From an uncultured Candidatus Saccharibacteria bacterium (lineage in GTDB: Bacteria; Patescibacteriota; UBA1384; JACPKC01): 64,000 nt of DNA. The notes beneath the pieces are model-generated. The model saw nothing but the letters and a program-made list of their open reading frames with translations. It did no database searches and had not been told where the DNA came from. Positions 1 to 10,591 of the stretch are shown one piece after another. The DNA is taken from contig CAYRGD010000002.1 of the NCBI GenBank assembly GCA_964423885.1, forward strand, positions 18,128 to 82,127, in the 5' to 3' direction. Position 1 is the stretch's first letter. Each line of letters opens with the position of its first letter. The position numbers and the translations under genes are program-made.

Positions 1-98
1 ATGCGGTGGTGCTCGACATCCTGACCGATGAACAGGCGACCCAGCAGCGTGAAACCGTCGCCAGGGCGCTCTTGGAGGATATCCTGAATGGCCGCTGA
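1..98 (+). CDS. 3' end of an upstream gene (partial, unknown product)
   Basis: Open frame from nt 3 (AVVLDILTDEQATQQRETVARALLEDILNGR*) ending TGA at 96-98, overlapping the next start. Confidence 0.5.
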   Translation, partial: AVVLDILTDEQATQQRETVARALLEDILNGR

Positions 99-1998
99 TT
101 CCCGCACCAACGCCCCGAAGCGACTGACGCGCCGCGTCATCCTCGCCCGTGCCCGTACGGCCGCGATCAGCCTTGTCGCGGTAGCGGCGGTACTGGCTGC
201 CGTCTATGCGGTGTTCGCATTCGGCTACCGCGGGCGCATGTACCCGCACCTGGCGATTGGTGCCGTGCAGGTCGGCGGCTTGACGCCCGAGGAGGCCAAG
301 CAGGCCGTTGCTGCCCAGCTGACTCCGTTCGTCGACGAGACCAAGGTGCTGCGGGTGGGCGACCAGGATGTGACGTTCGCCGCAAGCAGCGTCCATCCTG
401 ACTATGATCTCGACGATTCGGTCCGTCGCGCGTACGCCGTGGGGCGGAGCGGCGCGTTCCTCGACGATGTGGTCCGGCAGATCGGATTGGCCGTGTCGCC
501 GGTTTCGGTCGACCCGACCATGACGTTCCAGGCCGACGCGCTCGACGCGTTCCTCGATACGGTCAGCGCGTCCGTGGATACGCCCGAGCGGGACGCCTCG
601 TTCTCGATCGAGGACGGCGACGTTGCCGTGACGCCGGCTGTGAACGGCCAGCGCTTCGACCGCGCCCGGCTCAAGGAACAGCTGACGCGGTCGCTGTTCG
701 CGCTCCGCTATCCCGCCTCGATCGTCGCTCCGCTGGCGCCATCGGTAGCGAAGATCCAGGCCGACCAAGTGAAGCTGCTCGCGCCGTCGATCCTTCGCTT
801 GGCTGGCTCGCCGCTCATGCTGTCGTACGGCGAGTTCCACCAAGAAGTAACCACCGACCAGCTGTCGTCGTGGCTTGCGGTGCGGCCGGTCGGCATCGGT
901 GCAGGTACCGACGGCACGACAGCGCTGGCCCGGCTCGACATCGACCGCGAGCGGATCAAGCAGTACCTGGCCACGCTCGTCGACGCGCTTACGAGCGAGC
1001 CGCTCGATGCGAAGCTCACGATCGTGAACGGCAAGGCCACTGTGTTCCAGCAAAGCCGCGACGGCACGCAGCTCGACCTTGAGCAGAGCGCGCAGGCGGT
1101 GATAACGGCGCTCGAAGCCCGGCGCACCGCAGCCGTGGCGCCGACTGGCGACGTCACGCTCGCGGTCACCGTCAAGAAGCCGACCGTCTCGTCGGATACG
1201 CTCAATACCTTGGGCATTACCGAGCTTATCGGCCACGGCCAAACTGACTTTTCGGGATCGCCGAACAACCGCGTCCATAACATTACCGTCGGCACGAAGT
1301 ACTTGAACGGCTGGCTCGTGAAGCCGGGCGACACGTTCTCGACCGTCACCTCGCTTGGCCCGGTCGACAAGAGTACCGGGTACCTGCCGGAGCTCGTCAT
1401 CAAAGAAAATAAGACGATTCCGGAATACGGCGGCGGCCTGTGCCAGGTGTCGACTACCCTGTTCCGTGCCGTGCTCGACGCCGGGCTCAAGGTGACCGAA
1501 CGGAAGAACCATTCCTACCGGGTAAGCTACTACGAGCGGGGCGTCGGGCCCGGCCTTGATGCCACCGTCTACCTGCCGAAGCCGGACTTCCAGTTTCTGA
1601 ACGATACGCCGGGCTGGGTGCTCGTCCAAGCCGAAGTGACGGGTACGACCCTCACGTTCGACCTGTACGGCACCAAGGACGGCCGGACCTCGGAAGTCCA
1701 GGGGCCGTTCACCCTGTCGAAGACCGCGCCGCCGCCGCCCGTCTACGAAACGGTCAGTTCGCTCGCGCCTGGCCAGACGAAGGAAACCGAACACGCGCAC
1801 GAAGGCGCGCATACCGTCGCGACGTACATCGTCCGCCGCGACGGGCAGGAATTATTCCGTCAAACGTTCGAGTCGTTCTACAAGGCGTTGCCGGCCCACA
1901 TCCTCCGTGGTGCCGACGATGCGGGCGCCCCGGCCGGTGAGACCGGTGAGGCGCATACCGACGATTCGCCGTCGGCCGACGAGGTTCCGGCAGCCTGA
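88..1998 (+). CDS. VanW family protein with N-terminal TM anchor and putative peptidoglycan-binding (PG_binding_4/YoaR-like) repeats
   Basis: GGGLCQVSTTLFRA, ERKNHSY and GLDATV VanW motifs; GGAGG RBS upstream. Confidence 0.85.
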   Translation: MAADSRTNAPKRLTRRVILARARTAAISLVAVAAVLAAVYAVFAFGYRGRMYPHLAIGAVQVGGLTPEEAKQAVAAQLTPFVDETKVLRVGDQDVTFAASSVHPDYDLDDSVRRAYAVGRSGAFLDDVVRQIGLAVSPVSVDPTMTFQADALDAFLDTVSASVDTPERDASFSIEDGDVAVTPAVNGQRFDRARLKEQLTRSLFALRYPASIVAPLAPSVAKIQADQVKLLAPSILRLAGSPLMLSYGEFHQEVTTDQLSSWLAVRPVGIGAGTDGTTALARLDIDRERIKQYLATLVDALTSEPLDAKLTIVNGKATVFQQSRDGTQLDLEQSAQAVITALEARRTAAVAPTGDVTLAVTVKKPTVSSDTLNTLGITELIGHGQTDFSGSPNNRVHNITVGTKYLNGWLVKPGDTFSTVTSLGPVDKSTGYLPELVIKENKTIPEYGGGLCQVSTTLFRAVLDAGLKVTERKNHSYRVSYYERGVGPGLDATVYLPKPDFQFLNDTPGWVLVQAEVTGTTLTFDLYGTKDGRTSEVQGPFTLSKTAPPPPVYETVSSLAPGQTKETEHAHEGAHTVATYIVRRDGQELFRQTFESFYKALPAHILRGADDAGAPAGETGEAHTDDSPSADEVPAA

Positions 1999-2000
1999 GT

Positions 2001-3677
2001 TCAGGCTGCGTGGAGCGCAGGTGCCGGTGCTGCTGCCCGGCTGCCGTTCCGGTCCATCGCTGCAGCCGCGAAAGCGCGGAAGAGCGGGTGAGGGGAGAGC
2101 GGCCGCGACTTGAATTCCGGATGGAACTGGCTGGCGATGAAGAACGGATGGACGGACTGTGGCAGTTCAAGGATCTCGGCGAGTTGGCCGTCAGGGGACG
2201 TACCAGAAAGAACCAGGCCCGCGGCCGTCAGTTGGTCGCAGTACCGATTATTGAGCTCGTACCGGTGACGGTGCCGTTCGTGGATCGTGGTCGCGCCGTA
2301 GGCGGCAGCGGCTAGACTCCCCTCTTTGAGTAGGGCAGGGAAGGACCCTAGGCGCATCGTGCCGCCGTATTCCTGCTTCAGCAGTTTCTTTTCTTGTTCT
2401 GGCATTACATGGACCACCGGATGGGCGGCGTCGGCCGCGATTTCCGTCGTGTGCGCGCCGTCCAAACCCGCCGCGTGCCGTGCATACTCGATGGCAGCCA
2501 GCTGCATCCCGTAGCAGAGTCCCAGGTAGGGAATGCCGTTGGTGCGTACGAACTCGATCGCCGCGATGATCCCCTCGATCCCCCGCTTCCCGAACCCGCC
2601 GGGGACAATGACGCCGTCGTAGGCCAAGAGCTCGGACAGTTTCTTCGGATCGGTTTCGTAGGCTTCCGAGTCGAGCCAGGTGAAGTCTGGGACCGCCCCG
2701 TTGGCCCACGAGCCGTGCTTGGCCGCCTCGATGACCGAGATGTACGAGTCGGCGAGCGTGAACTCCCCTGTCCCGAAGTACTTGCCGACGACCGCGATCT
2801 TCAGCCGCCGCTCGCTCGTCTTGACCGTTGTCATGAGTGAGCGCCAGACAGTGAGGTCGGCCGGCCGCGCTTCAAGTCCGAGCCGCTCCAACACCTTGCT
2901 CCCGAACCCCTCGTCTTCGAACAAGAGGGGAACGTCATAGATCGTGTCGACGTCGGGCGCCGAGATCGCGGCGTCTTTCTTGACGTTGCAGAAAACGGCC
3001 AGCCGCTCCTTGCGCGGTTCGTCGAGCGCCCGTTCGGACCGGGCCACGATAAAATCCGCCTGGATCCCGACGGAATTCAGGGAGCGGGAGGCGTGCTGGG
3101 TCGGCTTGGTCTTCATCTCCCCTACCATCCGCGGTACGGGCAGGTAACTCACGAGCACGAAGACGACGTCGTCCGGTTGCTCGAGCTTCATCATCCGGGC
3201 CGCTTCTAAAAAGAGGATGTTCTCGTACTCCCCGACCGTCCCGCCGACCTCGATAAGCGTGATGTCGGAATCCGTCGCGTCGGCCGCAGCCTTAATCCGT
3301 CGGATGATCTCGTAGGGGATGTGCGGCACGACCTGGACGCACTTGCCTTGGTACTCCAAGTTCCGTTCGCGCCCGATCACCGTCTGGTAGACGCGTCCGG
3401 TCGTCATGTAGTTGGTCGAGCCGATGTCTTGGTTCAAGAACCGTTCGTAGTTGCCGATGTCCTGGTCGGTCTCATCGGCGTCGTCGGTCACGAACACCTC
3501 GCCGTGTTCGGTGGGATTCATGGTGCCCGCGTCGACGTTGATGTACGGGTCGACCTTCATGGCCGTAACCTTGTAGTCCCGCGCCTGCAGGATATTGCCG
3601 AGCGAGGCGGTCACGATCCCCTTGCCGACCGAACTCATGACGCCGCCGACCACGAAGACGAATTTCCGTTTGGCCAT
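2001..3677 (-). CDS. pyrG: CTP synthase
   Basis: GGVMSSVGKG, DPYINVDAGTMNP, KTKPTQH, GLCYGMQ, RHRHRYE, QFHPEF; ATG at 3677 with GGAGGG RBS. Confidence 0.98.
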   Translation of the reverse strand: MAKRKFVFVVGGVMSSVGKGIVTASLGNILQARDYKVTAMKVDPYINVDAGTMNPTEHGEVFVTDDADETDQDIGNYERFLNQDIGSTNYMTTGRVYQTVIGRERNLEYQGKCVQVVPHIPYEIIRRIKAAADATDSDITLIEVGGTVGEYENILFLEAARMMKLEQPDDVVFVLVSYLPVPRMVGEMKTKPTQHASRSLNSVGIQADFIVARSERALDEPRKERLAVFCNVKKDAAISAPDVDTIYDVPLLFEDEGFGSKVLERLGLEARPADLTVWRSLMTTVKTSERRLKIAVVGKYFGTGEFTLADSYISVIEAAKHGSWANGAVPDFTWLDSEAYETDPKKLSELLAYDGVIVPGGFGKRGIEGIIAAIEFVRTNGIPYLGLCYGMQLAAIEYARHAAGLDGAHTTEIAADAAHPVVHVMPEQEKKLLKQEYGGTMRLGSFPALLKEGSLAAAAYGATTIHERHRHRYELNNRYCDQLTAAGLVLSGTSPDGQLAEILELPQSVHPFFIASQFHPEFKSRPLSPHPLFRAFAAAAMDRNGSRAAAPAPALHAA

Positions 3678-3700
3678 CTTGCCCTCCAATGCAACTCAAA

Positions 3701-3773
3701 CAAAAAAGGCACTCCTGGGGAACGATCCTTCGGCGCCCCAGCTACCCTACCGCAGCGCCCAGGCTGCGCGCAA
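3701..3773 (-). promoter_or_regulatory. pyrG promoter and putative attenuator leader
   Basis: TTGCGC-N18-TAGGGT, then GGGGC start region, internal TTCCCC tract and a hairpin ending GTGCC-TTTTTT before the RBS. Confidence 0.5.
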
Positions 3774-3825
3774 GCTGGGGATGGCCCGTGATTCAGGGTA
3801 GAATACGGTGGACGAAAGGAGCCCT

Positions 3826-5172
3826 ATGGCATTCGACCCCTCGATCTTCAAGGCCTACGACGTCCGCGGTATCTATCCGACCCAACTCGACGCCACCATC
3901 GCCCGTGCGGTCGGCCAGGCGTTCGTGGCCGAAGTCCAGCCGAAGACCGTCGTGGTCGGCCACGACGTGCGCTTGAGCGGCCCGGAGCTGTACGACGCGC
4001 TCATCGACGGCCTGACGTCGGCCGGAGCGGATGTTGTGCGCATCGGCGGCATCTCGACCGAACAGCTGTATTTCGCCGTCGCGCATTTCGGCTACGACGC
4101 CGGCATCGCCGTGACGGCGTCGCACAACCCGGGCGAGTACAATGGCTTCAAGATGGTCCGCGCAGGCAGCGAGCCGATCTCGCTCAATTCAGGGCTGCAA
4201 GCGATCCGCGACCGGGTGCCGGTACTGCTTACTGATCCGGTTGCAGCCGCAGCGCCAGGTACGGTATCCGACCGCGACGTATTCCCCGCTTACAAGGACT
4301 TTATCTTAGGCTTCATCGACGTCTCGAAGCTGAAGCCGATGACGGTCGTCACCAACGCCAACTTCGGCTACCAAGGCCAGTTCGCCGCCCGCGTTTTGGA
4401 AGGCTTGCCGATCACCTTGAGCCAATTGAATGCCGAGCCGGATGGCACCTTTCCGAAAGGCCGGCCCGACCCGTTCGTGCCCGAAAACCGCGACGAGTTC
4501 GTGGCCAAGATCAACGCTGAACGGCCGGGGGCCGCCGTTGCCGACCGGGCGTTCTTCGCGACCGGTGACGGCACGTTCCTTGAGGCCTACTACATGAACG
4601 CGATCCTCGCGACCGCCTTGCTCCGCAAGCTTCCTGGCGAGCAGGTGCTCTACGACGTCCGCTATACCTGGGCCGTGGTCGACGCGGTCGAGGCGGCTGG
4701 CGGCCGGGCGATTCCCTGCCGGGTCGGCAGCTCGTTCATCAAGCAGGCGATGCGCGAGCATAATGCGCTCTTCTGCGGCGAGTCGAGCGGGCACTATTAC
4801 TTCCGCGACTACTTCGCCTGCGACACCGGCATGCTCCCCTTCCTGCTTGTATTGGAATTGCTATCGACCACGGGCCAGACGCTTGCCGAGCTGGCCGGCG
4901 ACCTCATGGAGCGGTACGTGGTGTCGGGCGAGATCAACCGCACTGTCGCGGATGCCGACGGTATCATCGAGCGGCTGAAAGAGCGGTACAAAGACGCGAC
5001 CGTGATCGACGAAACCGACCGCCTGACGATCGAATACGACCGCGACTGGCGCTTCAACGTCCGCACGAGCAACACCGAACCGTTGCTCCGCCTGAACGTC
5101 GAGGCGAACAGCCGGGAACTGATGGCAACGAAGCGCGACGAACTCTTGGCGCTGATCGGCGGAACGGCTTAG
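3826..5172 (+). CDS. Phosphomannomutase/phosphoglucomutase (metal-binding loop degenerate in this sequence)
   Basis: FKAYDVRG, TASHNP phosphoserine motif, GESSGHYYF, RTSNTEP; AAGGAG RBS and TAGAAT -10. Confidence 0.9.
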   Translation: MAFDPSIFKAYDVRGIYPTQLDATIARAVGQAFVAEVQPKTVVVGHDVRLSGPELYDALIDGLTSAGADVVRIGGISTEQLYFAVAHFGYDAGIAVTASHNPGEYNGFKMVRAGSEPISLNSGLQAIRDRVPVLLTDPVAAAAPGTVSDRDVFPAYKDFILGFIDVSKLKPMTVVTNANFGYQGQFAARVLEGLPITLSQLNAEPDGTFPKGRPDPFVPENRDEFVAKINAERPGAAVADRAFFATGDGTFLEAYYMNAILATALLRKLPGEQVLYDVRYTWAVVDAVEAAGGRAIPCRVGSSFIKQAMREHNALFCGESSGHYYFRDYFACDTGMLPFLLVLELLSTTGQTLAELAGDLMERYVVSGEINRTVADADGIIERLKERYKDATVIDETDRLTIEYDRDWRFNVRTSNTEPLLRLNVEANSRELMATKRDELLALIGGTA

Positions 5173-6161
5173 AACACGAACCCGACGGCGTCTTTGACCT
5201 TGTGCATGGTCTGCTTGGCAAGCGGCTCGGCGTGGCGGGCGCCGGCACGCAGAAGTTCGGTCACGTGGTGTTCGTCGGCGCGGATGCCGGCGTAGCGCTC
5301 TTGGATCTGGGCAAGGAAGGCATTGATCGCCTCTGCTAGGTCAGACTTAAAATCGGCGTAGCCTTTGCCGATATAGCGGTTGGCAATCACTTCGGGCGTT
5401 CCGTCGGTTACGCCCGCGAAGATCGTCAGTAGGTTTTTGAGCGCGGGCTTGTCATCGGCGTACACGATCTCGGAGCCGGAATCAGTGACAGCTTTCTTGA
5501 CCTTGTTCCGGACCGTGTCGGCGTCGTCGGTCAGGGCGATGTAGTTGTACGCGCTCGCGGCCGACTTGCTCATTTTGACCGTTGGGTCGTCGAGCCCCAT
5601 GATCCGCGCGCCCTGCTCGGGGAGGAGTGCTTCGGGGATCGCAAAAACCTCGCCGAAGCGTTGGTTGAACCGCTTGGCCAGATCTCTCGCCAACTCCAGG
5701 TGCTGCACCTGGTCGTCGCCGATCGGTACCTTTTGGGCGTTGTAGAGCAGGATATCGGCGGCCATGAGCAGGGGATAGGCGAACAGCCCGACGCCCGACG
5801 CTCCCCGCTCGTCCCCTCTCCCCTTCTCTTTGAATTGGGTCATCCGTTCGAGTTCGCCCATGCTGGCGAGCGTGGTCAGGATCCACGCCAGCTCGGCATG
5901 CTCCGGCCGTTGGCTTTGCACGTACAGGATCGCCTGCTCGATATCCAAGCCTAACGCCAGGTAGAGCGCGGCCATATTCAAGGTGTGTTCTCGGAGCTTG
6001 GCGGGTTCCTGCGGTACGGTAATGGCGTGCAGGTCGACAATGAGGTAGACCGGCTGTTCGCTGCCTCCTTGGTTCTGCAACGCGAGCTGCTGCCGGATCG
6101 CGCCCAAGTAGTTGCCAATATGCACGATGCCGGAGGGTTGGATGCCGGAGAGGATACGCAT
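5169..6161 (-). CDS. trpS: Tryptophan--tRNA ligase
   Basis: SGIQPSG, HIGNY, YPLLMAADIL, DQVQHLE, KMSKS. Confidence 0.97.
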   Translation of the reverse strand: MRILSGIQPSGIVHIGNYLGAIRQQLALQNQGGSEQPVYLIVDLHAITVPQEPAKLREHTLNMAALYLALGLDIEQAILYVQSQRPEHAELAWILTTLASMGELERMTQFKEKGRGDERGASGVGLFAYPLLMAADILLYNAQKVPIGDDQVQHLELARDLAKRFNQRFGEVFAIPEALLPEQGARIMGLDDPTVKMSKSAASAYNYIALTDDADTVRNKVKKAVTDSGSEIVYADDKPALKNLLTIFAGVTDGTPEVIANRYIGKGYADFKSDLAEAINAFLAQIQERYAGIRADEHHVTELLRAGARHAEPLAKQTMHKVKDAVGFVF

Positions 6162-6202
6162 AGGGCTAGCCTAACAGAGCAGGCGTGCTACTATCAACAA
6201 CG

Positions 6203-7135
6203 ATGTTTTCGTCTGCCGAAGGGGCACTGCTGACGCCAGTGGTCTTTTTTGACCTCTTCGACAAGCCGCTCCGGCAAGCGGACCTGCCGGCGTTGGCCCA
6301 CGGCGTGGTGCTGGATCCGCCACTGGTCGAGACGTTGGTCGGTAACCTGGTGAGTCGGGGCGTTTTGGCACGTGCCGGCGAGTACCTGACCCTGCCCGGA
6401 CGCGAGGCGATCGCCGACGCATGGTTCGAGCGCGAGCTGACGCAGCGGTTACTCTGGGCCGAGGCCGAAGCGGTGGTGAGTTGCCTGGCCGCCGTCCCGT
6501 TCGTGCGGCTTGTCGCCGTGAGCAACTCGCTCGCGCTCGGTACCGCGACTGCCGAATCGGACATCGACCTAGTCGTGGTGGTGGAGCCGGGTGGGTTAGC
6601 CGTGGCCCGCGACCACCTGCTGGCCAGGCTCGAGGTGCTCGGCCGCCGGGCGCACCGGCTGCCTAAGCGGGGCAAGGCCTTTCCCGACGTGATGCTCACC
6701 ACGGAACGGCTCGAATTGGCGGCGTGGCAGTTGGAGCCGCTCGACATCTACCTGGATTACTGGCTCATGAGCTTGCAGCCGCTCATCGACCGTGGCAACG
6801 CGTACCGGCAGCTTGTCGCTGCCAACGGCTGGCTCGCCCAGACCTTTCCCGGCTGGCAGCCGCAGCAGAGCCGGTTGATTACGCCCGATCCCGTCCGCGA
6901 GGCGCACCGCAGCTCCTGGGAACGCTGGTACCGGTCGGCCCCGGGCCGGCTCATGGGTGCCGGGCAGACGCTGTGGTACGCCCAACGGATGCTCCGCTAC
7001 CAGGCAAAATTGCGTGAGCGCGCCACCGTCGTCGCCCAGGCCGACCTCCTGCGGATCCACGAGCCCGACAAGCGGCCGCAGTACCAACAGGCGTTCGCCG
7101 CCGCGTGGCAGCGGCTCGAGCGAATCGCGGCTTGA
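6203..7135 (+). CDS. Nucleotidyltransferase (Pol-beta/MNT-like) domain protein with N-terminal winged-helix-like region
   Basis: VAVSNSLALG...SDIDL (GS/NS..DxD) motif; start chosen at ATG 6203, alternative 6185. Confidence 0.65.
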   Translation: MFSSAEGALLTPVVFFDLFDKPLRQADLPALAHGVVLDPPLVETLVGNLVSRGVLARAGEYLTLPGREAIADAWFERELTQRLLWAEAEAVVSCLAAVPFVRLVAVSNSLALGTATAESDIDLVVVVEPGGLAVARDHLLARLEVLGRRAHRLPKRGKAFPDVMLTTERLELAAWQLEPLDIYLDYWLMSLQPLIDRGNAYRQLVAANGWLAQTFPGWQPQQSRLITPDPVREAHRSSWERWYRSAPGRLMGAGQTLWYAQRMLRYQAKLRERATVVAQADLLRIHEPDKRPQYQQAFAAAWQRLERIAA

Positions 7136-7161
7136 CAAGCGGCCGTTTTACTCCATATAGT
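7132..7161 (+). promoter_or_regulatory. Sigma70-type promoter of groESL
   Basis: TTGACA (7132-7137) - N18 - TATAGT (7156-7161). Confidence 0.6.
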
Positions 7162-7264
7162 CAAGCCATGGCGGGAGTAGCCAAGGTTTCCCCCTTACCT
7201 TCGGCTGTTCCGCCTCTTGCGTCCCGTTCGCGGACGCGGGAGCGTACTAACGGAAAGGAGACGT

Positions 7265-7561
7265 ATGGCACATCCGTCTATCCGTCCCCTTGGCGACCGG
7301 GTGCTCTTGGAGCTCCTGCCCGCCGAGGAGACGACCAAGTCCGGTATCCTCATTCCTGAGGCTGCCAAGGACCAGTCGCAACAGGCCAAAGTCGTTGCGG
7401 TCGGCCCGGGCAAACTTGATGACGCGGGCAAGCGCCTGCCGGTCGACGTAAAGGAACACGACACTGTCCTCATTCCGAAATACGGCGGGGACGAGTTTAA
7501 GTTCGAAGGGGAAGAGTACAAGATCGTGTCGGCCGACGATATCCTTGCGATCGTCGGTTAA
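7265..7561 (+). CDS. groES: Co-chaperonin GroES
   Basis: IRPLGDRVLL, TKSGILIP, VVAVGPG; AAAGGAG RBS. Confidence 0.97.
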   Translation: MAHPSIRPLGDRVLLELLPAEETTKSGILIPEAAKDQSQQAKVVAVGPGKLDDAGKRLPVDVKEHDTVLIPKYGGDEFKFEGEEYKIVSADDILAIVG

Positions 7562-9211
<1,650 letters not shown>

Positions 9212-9230
9212 GGGGTCTGTTCAGGACAAG

Positions 9231-9261
9231 AAAGAGCCCCGGCACTCGCCGGGGCTCTTTT
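9231..9261. terminator. Intrinsic (likely bidirectional) terminator
   Basis: AAAGAGCCCCGGC-actc-GCCGGGGCTCTTTT perfect hairpin between convergent genes. Confidence 0.9.
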
Positions 9262-9267
9262 GGTTTG

Positions 9268-10527
9268 TTACGGATTCGTTTTCTGTAGCAGCTGCCAGGT
9301 ACCGTCGTTCAATGTGTTCGGGTCGAAGTTGACGTTGTCCGATGTTATATATTCACCCTTCTGGTTGACCCAGTACTGGTTCCACCCGAGCGGCAGTTCC
9401 ACGAGCCCGCCGTTGACCGGGTCGTTGTAACTTTCGACGCCGCCCAGCGTTTGCCGGAACAGTTCGGCGTTGTGATCCTGCGACGCCGCGCGTTCGTTCA
9501 CCACCTGCTGCTGCAGGGCTTGGCTTTCGGCCCGGTACTGCTGCAACGCCTGGCCGAAGGCGACCGTGTCGTTCATCTGCTGGATGATGCCTTGGATAAA
9601 GAGCTTCTGCACCTGCCGGTAGGTGGCTTCCCATTCGACGGTCGTCGCCCGGCTGGCGATCACGGTCGAGGCGACGCCCTGCTGCTCGTCGAGTTCGCCT
9701 TTGGGTGCCCGGACCGATGTGGCGTAGTTGACGTACCAGGACGTGATGCCGTTGCTGCTCGAAAACAGCAGGGCGAACTGGACGTCTTCTTCCCATGGCG
9801 TGCCGTTCTGGTTGTACTCGTACCGCAATCGGTAGGCGTGCGCCTCGCCCGGGCCGCCGAAGAGGCGGATGAATTCGTTGGCGATCTCGGGAACGTCGGT
9901 GGTACGGACGAGCGTGGCACCTTGCAGGCGCGCAAGCGCGTTCGGCGCCCAAAACTCGGTGACGAACTGGGCGGGGTCGGTGATCGGCGGGACGTAGGCC
10001 TTACCCTGGTAGTTACCGCCTACTGGCGCACTGAAGCCGGCCGGTGCCTGAAACCACATGAAGTCCTGGATCGGCAGCCACTCGACCGTGGTACCGGTGG
10101 CGGGATCGGTTACTGTGGTATGGAGCTGCACCAGCCGTTCCCACTGGTGCATCCACTCGACGTTGCCCTGGCCCCGCCAGCCTTCCGGCGCTAGGAAGGA
10201 AAACGCGTCGACGTTACCCGCGGCCGGATCCTTGATCGTCTGCTTCAGGTACTTGACCGCCGGCCGCACGGCGGCCGCAGGAACGGATGGCTGTCCTGGC
10301 GACGACGGTTGTTGTGACGACGCCTGCTGCGCCGGCACGCGCGTGGCTTTGTAGTAGGCAGCGGCCCCGCCTACCACGGCCAGTACCAGGACTGCGGCAC
10401 CGATAATGACGCCGCGTCGACGTGGCCGAGCTAGCTGTGGCGGTTCGGGACTGGCAGGCGGTGCCGGCAGTACGACCGGCTGATCGACAGCCGGTTGGCT
10501 GACGATCGATTGTTCATTTTCGTTCAT
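9268..10527 (-). CDS. Membrane-anchored hypothetical protein (Pro-rich N-terminus, one TM, large extracellular domain)
   Basis: Long GC3-biased ORF; start MNENEQ chosen to avoid overlap with the divergent gene and preceded by TGCTATGCT-N6. Confidence 0.75.
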   Translation of the reverse strand: MNENEQSIVSQPAVDQPVVLPAPPASPEPPQLARPRRRGVIIGAAVLVLAVVGGAAAYYKATRVPAQQASSQQPSSPGQPSVPAAAVRPAVKYLKQTIKDPAAGNVDAFSFLAPEGWRGQGNVEWMHQWERLVQLHTTVTDPATGTTVEWLPIQDFMWFQAPAGFSAPVGGNYQGKAYVPPITDPAQFVTEFWAPNALARLQGATLVRTTDVPEIANEFIRLFGGPGEAHAYRLRYEYNQNGTPWEEDVQFALLFSSSNGITSWYVNYATSVRAPKGELDEQQGVASTVIASRATTVEWEATYRQVQKLFIQGIIQQMNDTVAFGQALQQYRAESQALQQQVVNERAASQDHNAELFRQTLGGVESYNDPVNGGLVELPLGWNQYWVNQKGEYITSDNVNFDPNTLNDGTWQLLQKTNP

Positions 10528-10591
10528 GCCTACAGCATAGCAAACTGGGTTGTCCCTAGTGTTTTTGCAGGAGTGGACGTACACTATTCCT

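Noticed and set aside
6203-7135. MNT as antitoxin for the HEPN ORF (HEPN/MNT toxin-antitoxin)
   Set aside because: 14 kb apart, different base composition, and longer than minimal MNT antitoxins.
7224-7250. Possible CIRCE operator before groES (GCGTACTAA resembles GAGTGCTAA)
   Set aside because: No matching left arm 9 nt upstream.
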